IMG/VR virus record: IMGVR_UViG_3300042139_000023
DNA from: a virus
Lineage: Duplodnaviria > Caudoviricetes
Reading direction: 5' to 3' (one strand)
Length of the DNA: 64,000 nt
Position 1 is the first letter of the stretch. Every line of letters begins with the position of its first letter. A program made the position numbers and the translations under genes. The notes below the pieces were generated by a model, which made no database searches, was not told where the DNA came from, and was given only the letters and a program-made list of their open reading frames with translations. Positions 18,596-27,752 of the stretch are shown here, in pieces.

Positions 18596-18918
18596 GCTAC
18601 GGATGTCGTGGCTGCGACGGAACGTGCTGCACGGGCGTCGGGAGCGACCCCTGCACCTGTCCGCCGCCGCCCGTGCAGGAAGAGCAGCCGCTGTACCCCC
18701 GGCGGGCGCCGGGAGCGCACGGCAAGCACTGCACCTGGCCGGAGTGCGACGGTTCATGCCTGATCACGGTGACCGTCGAATGGCGGGCGCTGGAGTCGTT
18801 CTACGAGGCGGCCCGCTTCGGCCGGGCAATGAACCCCAGCACGGCGGGCGAGCGGACCGGGCTGGAGCTGATGCAGCAGATCATCGAGCAGGGCAAGAAG
18901 GGTGTGGGACGTGGCTGA
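18592..18918 (+). CDS. Cys-rich hypothetical protein (GCRGCDGTCCTG..PCTCP)
   Basis: GTGA overlap. Confidence 0.6.
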   Translation: MSYGCRGCDGTCCTGVGSDPCTCPPPPVQEEQPLYPRRAPGAHGKHCTWPECDGSCLITVTVEWRALESFYEAARFGRAMNPSTAGERTGLELMQQIIEQGKKGVGRG

Positions 18919-19011
18919 GGTGATCCGGGCGTTCGCCGGGGTCGTGGCACTGATCGCCATGAAGAAGACCGAGATCGACCGCCGGAAGGCGGCCGGAAAG
19001 GGGAAGCGAGC

Positions 19012-19308
19012 ATGACCACCCAGAGCGAGAAGCTGGACATGCGGAAGATCCACCTGCTGGCGGCGGCCAAGGAACTGGCCGACCTGCTCTACAAGTGGAA
19101 CGTCATCGACGAGTACGACCTGGTCATCCAGGACGGCCGCAACGGCGGCACCCCGTACCACCACGTGAACGAGGCGCTGGTGGCAGTGCTGAAGAAGCTC
19201 GGCACGGAGAACAAGGACGGCTTCTACGAGGGCCTGACCTCGGGCATGGACCCGCAGGAGGCGCTGGACAACGCCATCGCCTACGAGCACCGCTACGACG
19301 AGATCTGA
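19012..19308 (+). CDS. hypothetical protein
   Basis: ORF with RBS. Confidence 0.7.
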   Translation: MTTQSEKLDMRKIHLLAAAKELADLLYKWNVIDEYDLVIQDGRNGGTPYHHVNEALVAVLKKLGTENKDGFYEGLTSGMDPQEALDNAIAYEHRYDEI

Positions 19309-19338
19309 CCGGAAGACGCGGAGAGGGAGAAGAAGAGC

Positions 19339-20169
19339 ATGGGCGAGATCAGCAAGTACGAGGGCAGCGGTTCCGGTGCGGAGCTGAGCAAGCGGGACGG
19401 CCTGCCGGACCAGACGTTCTCCGGGAAGGGGAAGCACTCCGGCCCGGTCCTGCTGGACATCGAGGGCGACTCGATCAACGGCACCGTGACGGTGGGAGAC
19501 GTCGACTTCGCTTCGGTCCGGGTCTTCACCCGCTCCACGGTGCAGTCGGTGATCGACGCCGTCCGCAGGACGGAGATCCACCTGTCCGGCAGCACCCTGA
19601 CGGTGAAGGTGCCGAAGTTCCAGGTCCCCCCGACGGTGATCCAGGGTGGCGGCAGCCGGATGGTCTTCTCCGGGAACGTCTCCTTCGTGTCGGTCGGCAG
19701 GGGAACCACGGTGATCGGCGGCTCCAGCTCCGGCGAGGACGTGGTCCGGGTCGAGGTCACGCTGCCCCGGAACTCGGGCGTCCGGGCCGACCTGGGATCC
19801 GGCCTGCTCGATGTACACGGCGACCTCGTCGGGATCGACGGCGACCTCTCTTCCGGATCGATCGCGGTTCACGGTTCGGTCGGCAAGGCCCGCGCCGAAC
19901 TCTCCTCCGGCTCGTTCCAGATCGGTCGGGTGACCGAGGGGATCGAGGCCACCGCGTCCTCCGGCAGCCTGAACGTCGGCGAGTACACCGGATCCCACGC
20001 CAAGCTGCGGATCTCCTCCGGCAGCATGAACCTGAACGTCGGCCGGGCCGCCAGTGGAACCATCGACGTCCGGGTGTCCTCCGGATCGGCCAACATCGGC
20101 GGGACGCGCGGGCGCAGCGACCTGGACATCAGGACGAAGAAGTCCTCCGGCAGCATCAACCTCTACTGA
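19339..20169 (+). CDS. DUF4097-like beta-strand repeat protein
   Basis: Tandem SSGS-x-x-V repeats; VEVTLP motif. Confidence 0.7.
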   Translation: MGEISKYEGSGSGAELSKRDGLPDQTFSGKGKHSGPVLLDIEGDSINGTVTVGDVDFASVRVFTRSTVQSVIDAVRRTEIHLSGSTLTVKVPKFQVPPTVIQGGGSRMVFSGNVSFVSVGRGTTVIGGSSSGEDVVRVEVTLPRNSGVRADLGSGLLDVHGDLVGIDGDLSSGSIAVHGSVGKARAELSSGSFQIGRVTEGIEATASSGSLNVGEYTGSHAKLRISSGSMNLNVGRAASGTIDVRVSSGSANIGGTRGRSDLDIRTKKSSGSINLY

Positions 20170-20170
20170 C

Positions 20171-20653
20171 ATGCTGGACGCCGAACTCGTCCACGAGACA
20201 GGGCATTTCAGCTACGCTGATGCCGAGCACCTGGCGGACCTGTGGAACCGGGCCTACCCGGTGATGCGACAGATCGCCACGCTCTACATCGAAGGCATGC
20301 GGGCCTACATCGAGCGGGAGGGCTGGGTCATCGATCCGGCCCACCGGCACGCCGAAGTACTCCAGGCGTACACCACCCCGGAGAAGAAGGCCCGCCGCAA
20401 GCTGAAGCTGGCGGAGGAGCTGCGCCGGGACCTCGGCCAGCTCGACCGTGGGACGCACAAGCTGTGCACCCGCAGCCCCGGCGGCTTCACGGTGACGGGC
20501 GCCTACATGGCGGTCCGGAACCTGCTCAACATCAGCTCCCTCAGCAGTGAGGGACTGGCCTCGGTCTTCCGGCTGGCCGCCGAGCTGGCCGAGGCCGAGG
20601 AACGAGTCAACGAGGCCCGCAAGAAGTGGCACCAGGAACAGGAGAAGAAGTGA
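20171..20653 (+). CDS. hypothetical protein
   Basis: ATG in frame. Confidence 0.7.
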   Translation: MLDAELVHETGHFSYADAEHLADLWNRAYPVMRQIATLYIEGMRAYIEREGWVIDPAHRHAEVLQAYTTPEKKARRKLKLAEELRRDLGQLDRGTHKLCTRSPGGFTVTGAYMAVRNLLNISSLSSEGLASVFRLAAELAEAEERVNEARKKWHQEQEKK

Positions 20654-20892
20654 ACGCAGAGACCGAAGTCCCCGTCGCCGAGAACATCGCCGTGGGGCTG
20701 GCGATCGTCTTCCAGGGCCTCCCGCAGAGCACCATCACGTGGACGTCCGAGCTGATGGTGCGCACCTGGCACGAGGCGCCGGACCGCTCCGACGACCGGC
20801 TCTTCGAGGAGCTGGACAAAGAGGTCCGGGCGGGCAACGAGGACGCCATCCGCATGGTCGTCGCCGCCGCCAGGCGCGGCCTCAAGGTCTGA
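20650..20892 (+). CDS. hypothetical protein
   Basis: GTGA overlap. Confidence 0.65.
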   Translation: MNAETEVPVAENIAVGLAIVFQGLPQSTITWTSELMVRTWHEAPDRSDDRLFEELDKEVRAGNEDAIRMVVAAARRGLKV

Positions 20893-20936
20893 TCTACCAC
20901 ACCACGAGAACACCGGAAACAGGAGAAGAACTCATC

Positions 20937-21158
20937 ATGGAACTGCCCAACCGCGCCGCCGTGCGCAGCCAGATCAGCTCGAAGTTCCCGGGCCTGCCCA
21001 ACGACACCCTGGACTGGGTGGCGGGCATGCTCTCGGACAAGATCGAGGCCGACTGGGAGACCGCTGACGCCGAGTTCCACCGCGAGATGGAGCGCGCGAT
21101 CCGGGCCGGTGAGGAGCACGCGATCCTCGTGGCCCTCGCCGCGCTGAAGGCCGTCTGA
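20937..21158 (+). CDS. hypothetical protein
   Basis: ATG after GGAGAAG. Confidence 0.65.
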   Translation: MELPNRAAVRSQISSKFPGLPNDTLDWVAGMLSDKIEADWETADAEFHREMERAIRAGEEHAILVALAALKAV

Positions 21159-21173
21159 CCCACGGGTCACAGT

Positions 21174-21230
21174 GAAGGGGCTCCGGTTGCGACCGGAGCC
21201 CCTTCTGCGTATCGTCTTTGACCTAGGCCA
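21174..21230 (+). promoter_or_regulatory. terminator-like 13-bp hairpin with loop TTGCGA as -35, 17-nt spacer, -10 TATCGT, operator TGACCTAGGCCA
   Basis: GAAGGGGCTCCGG-TTGCGA-CCGGAGCCCCTTC. Confidence 0.7.
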
Positions 21231-21249
21231 TTCGGAGAGGGAGAGAGAC

Positions 21250-21564
21250 ATGAGGGAAGCGCCGCAGCACAAGGAGCACTCGGCCAGGATCGTGATGAAG
21301 GAGAACCTGGAGTCCTTCGTCACGGGAGTCATGGGCAAGGACTTCCGCCTCAAGACGGGTGACGGAGACCAGGAGCTGGGGGCGCGGATCGCCTTCGACT
21401 TCCGTCTGTGCACGCCGGACATCGGTGGCGCCATGGAGATCTCCGACTGGCTGGAGAGCGACGGACCGCAGCCCAGCAACGAGACGGTCCTGAACAACCT
21501 GGTCGTCACCGGCCGCATGGAAGGCGGCATCTACGTCGTCATAGCCCCGGCGAGCGAGTGGTGA
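21250..21564 (+). CDS. hypothetical protein
   Basis: ATG after RBS. Confidence 0.65.
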   Translation: MREAPQHKEHSARIVMKENLESFVTGVMGKDFRLKTGDGDQELGARIAFDFRLCTPDIGGAMEISDWLESDGPQPSNETVLNNLVVTGRMEGGIYVVIAPASEW

Positions 21565-21845
21565 GCGAGGACGAATTCGAGGCCCTGGCCGACGAGTTAC
21601 GGGCCTCCTGGAACGAGGACCGAGTTCGCTGGGACGGCATCCGCGAGGAACTGACGGAGAAGCTGCTCTGCCTGCGCTGGGACGGCGATCACCGCCTCCT
21701 CCTGGAGCAGCACACCAGCAAGCAGGCGGCGCTGATCGCCACCACGTACGGCCGCAGGCAGGACGACCGGATCCGGTACGCCGTGATCCTGGAGCGCAGC
21801 CTGGGGTCGGGCCGCATGGAGACGAAGAGGATGGAGCCCTCGTGA
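21561..21845 (+). CDS. hypothetical protein with in-frame TTA codon (21597-21599)
   Basis: GTG start; codon 13 is TTA. Confidence 0.65.
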   Translation: MSEDEFEALADELRASWNEDRVRWDGIREELTEKLLCLRWDGDHRLLLEQHTSKQAALIATTYGRRQDDRIRYAVILERSLGSGRMETKRMEPS

Positions 21846-22162
21846 ACCACCCCGACAACGCGGCGATCGACGTACCGGCACAGGACGGGACGCTGCTGCA
21901 CATCACCCTTCACCGGGAGTCCGACACCGGACGATTCACGTACTCCAGCCTGGTCGACGTGCAGCGGCACACGCCGCACGGCCTGCGGCCAGTCGCCTCG
22001 TACCGGATGGGCCCGATGGTGAGGGCGCCCCGGAACAAGGGCTTCGGTCTTCACGCCGAGGACCCGGGCCTGACGATCGAGGGTCACTGGATGATCGTGA
22101 TCGGCGACTGGATGGAGATGCTGAGCGAGGCCAGCGTCGACACATGGAAGGTGGATGCCTGA
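21842..22162 (+). CDS. hypothetical protein
   Basis: ORF track. Confidence 0.65.
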   Translation: MNHPDNAAIDVPAQDGTLLHITLHRESDTGRFTYSSLVDVQRHTPHGLRPVASYRMGPMVRAPRNKGFGLHAEDPGLTIEGHWMIVIGDWMEMLSEASVDTWKVDA

Positions 22163-22362
22163 TGGCGGAAGTTCGGATTGAGTTCGAGGACGGCGAGGCA
22201 TACGAGACCGGCGGCCCCCCGGAGCACCTGGGGACCGCCTTCGGGTACGGCAGCCTGGAGGGGTACCGGTTCGGTGAAGACGGCATGATCGTGCTGGACT
22301 TCGGCGCCGGGAGGCTCCGGAAGATCCCGGCCCGGCGTCTCCTGCGCATCACGGAGAAGTGA
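22162..22362 (+). CDS. hypothetical protein
   Basis: TGATG coupling. Confidence 0.6.
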   Translation: MAEVRIEFEDGEAYETGGPPEHLGTAFGYGSLEGYRFGEDGMIVLDFGAGRLRKIPARRLLRITEK

Positions 22363-22363
22363 C

Positions 22364-22825
22364 ATGCCGCTGATCTGGACGCAGGGAGATCTGCTGGAAT
22401 CCCGGGCACAGGGACTGGTCAACCCGGTCAACTGTGTCGGCGTGCCGGGCGCCGGGCTGGCCCGGCAGTTCCGGGACCGCTGGCCCGTGCAGGTCGACGA
22501 GTACGTGACCTTCTGCCGCGAGGGCCGGATGAAGCCCGGCCTGGTGCACGATGCCGTCCTGCCGGACGGCCGCCGGATTCTGAGCGTCGCCACTAAGCGG
22601 CACTGGCGGGACAACTCCCGGATCGAGGACGTGGATCTCGGCCTCTCGGGTCTGGCCACGTACCTGGACACCACGGGCCTGATCTCGGTCGCACTGCCCG
22701 CACTCGGTTGCGGGCTCGGCGGCCTGCCGAAGGCGCTGGTGGCCAGCCGGGTGAAGTTCTGGCTGGCCGACAACTTCTCCGTGGTCTACGCCTACGGACT
22801 CGATGCGCCGGAGGCGACGGTATGA
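22364..22825 (+). CDS. macrodomain protein (Poa1p/DarG-like ADP-ribosylhydrolase)
   Basis: GDLL..LVNPVNCVGVPGAGLARQF..TKRHWR..VALPALGCGLGGL. Confidence 0.9.
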   Translation: MPLIWTQGDLLESRAQGLVNPVNCVGVPGAGLARQFRDRWPVQVDEYVTFCREGRMKPGLVHDAVLPDGRRILSVATKRHWRDNSRIEDVDLGLSGLATYLDTTGLISVALPALGCGLGGLPKALVASRVKFWLADNFSVVYAYGLDAPEATV

Positions 22826-23019
22826 GCAAGGAGATCATCCGGGTCACCGTCGTCTTCGAGTACGAGGTCGACCCGGACCTGTACCCCGGGGCGAACACGC
22901 CTGGGGAGCGGGCGGAGATCGACCGGGAGAACTTCGCCAAGAACCCCGACCTGGTGGTGGAAACGCTCGCCGACAAGGGAGCGAAGTCCGTCACCCTCGG
23001 GTCTTTCACGATCAACTGA
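22822..23019 (+). CDS. hypothetical protein
   Basis: ATGA overlap. Confidence 0.6.
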   Translation: MSKEIIRVTVVFEYEVDPDLYPGANTPGERAEIDRENFAKNPDLVVETLADKGAKSVTLGSFTIN

Positions 23020-23039
23020 TCATCGGAACTGGAGAAGAC

Positions 23040-23645
23040 ATGGCGATGACCCGCGAAGAAGAGACGGCGCTGGCGAAGGAGATGGCCGAGGAGGTCGGTC
23101 TGAACCTTCCGTACGCCGCCCAGGTGGGCTTCGAGTACGACGTGAAGGCCGCCCGGCGGAAGGCGGAGGAGCTGCGGGACCTGGCCCGCAAGCGGGAGCA
23201 GGAGTCACGTGATTCCTTCGACCGGTGCGACACCGACGGTTCCCTTTCGCAGTGGGCGAGCGGGATCAACGCCGACAAGTACCGGATCCAGGCCGACATC
23301 GCCGAGAACGGCGGCATGTGGGTCTTCGCGGCCCTCTTCGACCTGGAGGGCAACCTGATCCCGGCGCGGGAGATGTACGGCCAGTACGGGTCCTTCTGGT
23401 CCCTGCTGGACGCCGACGGGAACCGCACGGGCGAGACCTTCAACGAGTCGAAGGCTCAGAACGACAAGGTGAAGATCCGCAACGACGCCCGGAAGGGCTA
23501 CTACGTCGGTTCGGTGCTGGCTCCGGCCCGGGTCGTGACGCGCGGGCAGTCCGTCACCTCGGTCGCCTGCTACGTCGACCGCAACGACGGCGGCTGGGAC
23601 CCGAACGTTCTGGTGATCGACAACGGGAAGGACGAGCAGGAGTGA
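23040..23645 (+). CDS. hypothetical protein
   Basis: ATG after RBS. Confidence 0.7.
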   Translation: MAMTREEETALAKEMAEEVGLNLPYAAQVGFEYDVKAARRKAEELRDLARKREQESRDSFDRCDTDGSLSQWASGINADKYRIQADIAENGGMWVFAALFDLEGNLIPAREMYGQYGSFWSLLDADGNRTGETFNESKAQNDKVKIRNDARKGYYVGSVLAPARVVTRGQSVTSVACYVDRNDGGWDPNVLVIDNGKDEQE

Positions 23646-23962
23646 AGCTGGTCAGCAACACACCCCGCATGGAGCTGCTGCGGATCGAGCTGACGACCGG
23701 CCAGTGCCCGCCGCAGTCCTGCCTGGAGTGGGACGAGTTCCTTCACCTGTACGCCCTGCTGCGGCGGCTCCCCGGAGCCGCCCCGGCGGTGCGCTCGGAG
23801 GTGCTGACGAAGCTGCTCGGCCGGGGTTTCGAGCACCGGTACGCCACGAACTTGATGGGCCTGGCCACGGCGGGAGTTCAGCCGTTGGCGATGCTGGTCC
23901 GACAGGCGGCGCTCCACTCGGAGATCCGGCCGCTTCGAGAAGAGGAGAAGGTGGACAAGTGA
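23642..23962 (+). CDS. hypothetical protein
   Basis: GTGA overlap. Confidence 0.6.
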   Translation: MKLVSNTPRMELLRIELTTGQCPPQSCLEWDEFLHLYALLRRLPGAAPAVRSEVLTKLLGRGFEHRYATNLMGLATAGVQPLAMLVRQAALHSEIRPLREEEKVDK

Positions 23963-24348
23963 GCGACGACCCTGACAGCAAGAACCCGGACTTCTGGCCG
24001 GGCAAGGACATTCAGGCTGCGGTCCGGCGCATGCAGCTCTGGCTGGAGCAGTACCCGGACGACGTGAGCGTGGCGAGCCAGATCGGAAGCTCGCAGGAGT
24101 TCGTCTCCCCGGGCTGGCCGTACCGGATGTACGCCGTGGACCGCCGGGACCTGGAAGCCGTGCTGAAGCTCGTGCAGAACCTGCCGAACTTCCAGATCTA
24201 CACGGCCGACGCGTCCACGGTGTGCGAGGCGTGCGACACGAACATCACCTGGGGGGACCAGGATCCCCGGCTGTACTCACTGGTCGAGGCGGCGGCGGCG
24301 CACGTATGTGACCCGGTGGAGAAGGCGAAGATCAGCGGAACTGCATGA
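23959..24348 (+). CDS. hypothetical protein
   Basis: GTGA overlap. Confidence 0.65.
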   Translation: MSDDPDSKNPDFWPGKDIQAAVRRMQLWLEQYPDDVSVASQIGSSQEFVSPGWPYRMYAVDRRDLEAVLKLVQNLPNFQIYTADASTVCEACDTNITWGDQDPRLYSLVEAAAAHVCDPVEKAKISGTA

Positions 24349-24414
24349 GGTGCTTCGGTGGGGCCCGGTTGCGGCCGGGCCTTCGCCGTGGGACCTCACG
24401 GAACTGGAGGAGAA

Positions 24415-24690
24415 ATGCACCACAGCGAGATCGATCACAAGGCCAAGGTGACGGATGCCCTGGCGGACCTGGACGAGGACGACCGGTACGGGTACCGGCC
24501 GGTGCTGATGGAGAGCTTCGTCATGGTCGACGGCACCGACGTTCTGGTTCCGGCGGAGGACTCGCCGGAGGGAATGATCGTGGCCCTCACCGAGACGCAG
24601 GCGGTTCAGGCCCTGCTGTGCCTGGCCGAGCAGATCGGTGACATCGTGGCCGTGAAGCTCATCCAGGAACAGATGGCAAAGCCCAAGTAG
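24415..24690 (+). CDS. hypothetical protein
   Basis: ATG after GGAGGAG. Confidence 0.7.
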   Translation: MHHSEIDHKAKVTDALADLDEDDRYGYRPVLMESFVMVDGTDVLVPAEDSPEGMIVALTETQAVQALLCLAEQIGDIVAVKLIQEQMAKPK

Positions 24691-24727
24691 CCAGGGCGAG
24701 TTCGATCAGATAGTGTGGCCTAGGTCA
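24688..24727 (+). promoter_or_regulatory. TAGCCA-17-TAGTGT promoter with abutting operator TGGCCTAGGTCA
   Basis: Direct reading. Confidence 0.6.
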
Positions 24728-24743
24728 GGGAAGGAGGAAAGAC

Positions 24744-24821
24744 ATGGCGGAGAAGCTGCCCCAGCGCGAGCCGGGCAAGGCCCTCAAGGAGGCGCGCGAG
24801 CGCGAGGAGGGCCAGCGCTGA
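24744..24821 (+). CDS. 25-aa micro-ORF MAEKLPQREPGKALKEAREREEGQR
   Basis: AAGGAGG RBS right after operator; followed by hairpin. Confidence 0.6.
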   Translation: MAEKLPQREPGKALKEAREREEGQR

Positions 24822-24885
24822 ACACCGAGGGGCGCCCACGGGCGCCCCTTCTGGCGTCACAGAAACCGGAACAGGAGAAGGATTC

Positions 24886-25320
24886 ATGGAGTTCCACGAG
24901 CGTTTTGCCACGGCTGCGGCCGACACCGACTACTCGCGCTACCCGCAGCTCCAGGCCCTGAGCAAGTACGACATCATCGCCACGGCCGAAGCCCTGCGCC
25001 TCACGGCCATCCGTCTCGGCACGCACGTCAAGGGCTGGGGCATGCTCGATGAGCTGATCCTGGACGAGCCGACCGTCACCACGGCCCTGCTGGCGCAGAA
25101 GCAGCGCTGGGACGACGAAGGACACCTGGTCTCCACTGAGTTCGAGGAGTACTGGGACGCGACCGACACCCACAACTTCCCCTCCTCGCTGCTGGAGGAG
25201 ATGAAGCGCCACCTGGTCCGCCAGTTCCTGGAGGGCAAGAAAGCGGAGCACGTCGCGGTCGACAACCCGTACGGCATCTGGCTGTTCGACAAGGCCGTCC
25301 TGGAGGGAATCTTCCAGTGA
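24886..25320 (+). CDS. hypothetical protein
   Basis: ORF with RBS. Confidence 0.7.
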   Translation: MEFHERFATAAADTDYSRYPQLQALSKYDIIATAEALRLTAIRLGTHVKGWGMLDELILDEPTVTTALLAQKQRWDDEGHLVSTEFEEYWDATDTHNFPSSLLEEMKRHLVRQFLEGKKAEHVAVDNPYGIWLFDKAVLEGIFQ

Positions 25321-25604
25321 TCGACCTCTTCGACAATCTGCCGATCGGGCAGAAGCTCGAACTGTTTCCCGACATCTGGGGCGCCTTCGCCGTCATCACT
25401 GTACGGCCGCGTCCGGACGGTGGCCGGAAGCCGGAGATGCCCCTGCTGTCCCGTGGCCACTTCTTCATGGACCACCAGCAAGAGGTCTGGACTGTCCTTC
25501 AGGCTGCCGTTCTGGCCGAGGTGGATCAAGGCAGTGGAGACGAGCTGCCGTACCGTTACGCGTACGAGTACGTGGTCGTGAACGGCAAGCGTCAGCTCGA
25601 CTGA
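25317..25604 (+). CDS. hypothetical protein
   Basis: GTGA overlap. Confidence 0.65.
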   Translation: MIDLFDNLPIGQKLELFPDIWGAFAVITVRPRPDGGRKPEMPLLSRGHFFMDHQQEVWTVLQAAVLAEVDQGSGDELPYRYAYEYVVVNGKRQLD

Positions 25605-25658
25605 GCCACCCGGGGGGCGGCCCCGGATCGGGGTCGCCCCTTCGCCGTGTTTCCAGCC

Positions 25659-25684
25659 TGACCTAGGCCGGTTGATGATAGACT
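25659..25684 (+). promoter_or_regulatory. operator TGACCTAGGCCG followed by -10-like TAGACT
   Basis: Intergenic copy of motif family. Confidence 0.55.
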
Positions 25685-25706
25685 CCCGTGCGCGGAAGGA
25701 GAGGAA

Positions 25707-26201
25707 ATGGCAAACGACTTGGTCAAGTTCCCGGAGGCCGGGGACCACTGGGAGGAAGTGCCGGGACCCGGCATGTACGTGCTGGCGATTCTCCCCCGGA
25801 AGGCCGAGCCCGATCAGTGTGCCGTGGGTGCCGCCATTCTCATGCTGCGCCCCCAGGGGCGTCTGCTCACCCCGGTCGACCCGCTGTGGCCGACGGAGGA
25901 GAGCCGGAACTACGACGCCAGCCTCCTGGAGGAAGCGGCCCAGCTCTTCGAGGAGAAGGGGGAGCGGGTCAAAGCCGCAACGATACGGGCCCAGTTCCCC
26001 GCCACGGATCTGTCGGTCGAGGTCGTTCAGGCGACGCACATGGGATCGACGGCGCGAACCCTGCGCAGCACGAAGACCGGCGAGTACTGGCAGGCACGGT
26101 GGGAAGACCTCACACCGTCCGGGATCCTGCACCTGCACCAGATTCACACCTGTTTCGTACGGCCGCCCGTACTGATCACGTTCCTGGGGGACGAGGACTG
26201 A
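25707..26201 (+). CDS. hypothetical protein
   Basis: ORF with RBS. Confidence 0.7.
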   Translation: MANDLVKFPEAGDHWEEVPGPGMYVLAILPRKAEPDQCAVGAAILMLRPQGRLLTPVDPLWPTEESRNYDASLLEEAAQLFEEKGERVKAATIRAQFPATDLSVEVVQATHMGSTARTLRSTKTGEYWQARWEDLTPSGILHLHQIHTCFVRPPVLITFLGDED

Positions 26202-26554
26202 TGAAGCTGTTCGGCAAGGAAGTTCCCGGCCCGAAGCCCCGCCTCTCCGGCGAGACGCAGCCGGTGTACGACGCCGGAGCCAAGAACGCCTTCGTCGCCG
26301 TACTCCAGCGGGCGCTCGACGTACAGATCCCGGGACGCCTGGGAGCCAGCAGCTACACCGACCCGGCGACCGCACTGGAGAACGCCGTCCAGGTCGCTTC
26401 GTCGTACTGCAACGACGAACTCCTCTCCCGGATGAACAACTTCCGGGACGCCGTCCTCGACGCCTCCCGGGGCGAAGGCGGAGAGCAGGAAGTCAACAGG
26501 GCCCGGGAGATCTTCACCAAGGGATGCCGGGAAGCACTCGGCAACGACCAGTAG
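26201..26554 (+). CDS. hypothetical protein
   Basis: TGATG coupling. Confidence 0.65.
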   Translation: MKLFGKEVPGPKPRLSGETQPVYDAGAKNAFVAVLQRALDVQIPGRLGASSYTDPATALENAVQVASSYCNDELLSRMNNFRDAVLDASRGEGGEQEVNRAREIFTKGCREALGNDQ

Positions 26555-26575
26555 GACCGGAAAGGGAGAAGAACA

Positions 26576-27091
26576 GTGCGACTCATGCACCAGCACGACC
26601 TGGGCGGCCCCGGCCGCGTGATCGTCATGGCCGGAGACCTCCCCGTCACCATCACGGTCGACGAGCGGGCCGAGTACCGATCGGTCGATGTCATGGCCGA
26701 CCGGGGGCTGGCCGCCTGGGCGGGGCCCATCGGCCCGGGAGGGGTCTCCTTCGGCGTCGAGGTCGGCAGGCCCAGCCTGATCAACACTCTGCGCGACAAG
26801 CTGGGTCTGCGCATGGGGACCTCGGTCTCCGGCGGGGGCTCGGTCGTGTCGTCCGGGCGGGACTCGATCGCGGCCGGAGGGAGCATCGTCAACTGCGCCA
26901 CCGGCCGGGGTGCGAAGGTAACAGTGGACGGCGTGGAGCAGAGGCTGCCGGAGATCGGCGTGCACCTGACCGCTCCCCCGCTGTGCACCTTCGAGATCCG
27001 CTCGCACGGCGGCATCACGGTGCTTCACGGCGACACCGAGTTGACCGTCCAGGCGGCCGAGGAGCGGGGCCTGCTGGCGGTGGCCCGATGA
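26576..27091 (+). CDS. hypothetical protein
   Basis: ORF with RBS. Confidence 0.65.
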   Translation: MRLMHQHDLGGPGRVIVMAGDLPVTITVDERAEYRSVDVMADRGLAAWAGPIGPGGVSFGVEVGRPSLINTLRDKLGLRMGTSVSGGGSVVSSGRDSIAAGGSIVNCATGRGAKVTVDGVEQRLPEIGVHLTAPPLCTFEIRSHGGITVLHGDTELTVQAAEERGLLAVAR

Positions 27092-27306
27092 TCTCGGCGG
27101 TCGGCGACTTCCTGGTGGAGCGCTTCCCGGGCGTCGGCCCGAACCGCAAGGTGGCACGGATCGTCAGCGACCAGCCGGAGGAGGGGCGCCTGCGGGTGTC
27201 CCGGACCGTCCAGGCGGGCGGCAGGCGCTACACCGTGGCCTTCCATTTCCCGCCGGGCATCCGGCAGGGCCGGGCCATCGCGTGGCCGAAGGAGAGGGAG
27301 AGCTGA
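27088..27306 (+). CDS. hypothetical protein
   Basis: ATGA overlap. Confidence 0.55.
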   Translation: MISAVGDFLVERFPGVGPNRKVARIVSDQPEEGRLRVSRTVQAGGRRYTVAFHFPPGIRQGRAIAWPKERES

Positions 27307-27734
27307 TGGGTCTGCGGCAAGAGGCGGAAGCGCTGTTCTTCGGGACCGGAGTCCAGGAGCTGTACCCGCACTGGCAGTCGGAGTACTCGCCGGGCCCGCA
27401 GTTCCAGCCGCACGGCGAGTGGGCGCGCGGTGAAGCACCCGACATCTGGGCCTACAAGATCCGGATCACCGATCCTCTCAACTGTGAACGCCTGATGGAT
27501 CGGATCATCACGTACTCGATCCTCTACAGCACCGCCGAGATGATCAGCGGGGACAAGGTCGACACCGAGAAACCGTTCCACCCGGTGGACGCCGAGACCG
27601 TTCGGGCCTGCGAGATGTGGGTCTACTCGGACGAACTCGGCATGTTCGACCCCCACACGCTGGACCAGGTTCTCCAGGTGGCCGTGTTCGGCGGCCTGCT
27701 GCACCCCCACTTCGAGCCCCGCAACCGGGGCTGA
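27306..27734 (+). CDS. hypothetical protein
   Basis: TGATG coupling. Confidence 0.7.
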   Translation: MGLRQEAEALFFGTGVQELYPHWQSEYSPGPQFQPHGEWARGEAPDIWAYKIRITDPLNCERLMDRIITYSILYSTAEMISGDKVDTEKPFHPVDAETVRACEMWVYSDELGMFDPHTLDQVLQVAVFGGLLHPHFEPRNRG

Positions 27735-27752
27735 CGGAAAGCGAGAAGAGAC

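Noticed and set aside
1219-24374. CTGCGG/TTGCGG hairpin loops as a family of -35 boxes
   Set aside because: Most are simply UNCG-type tetraloops with a closing pair and have no -10 at 16-18 nt; only 14424 and 21187 pass
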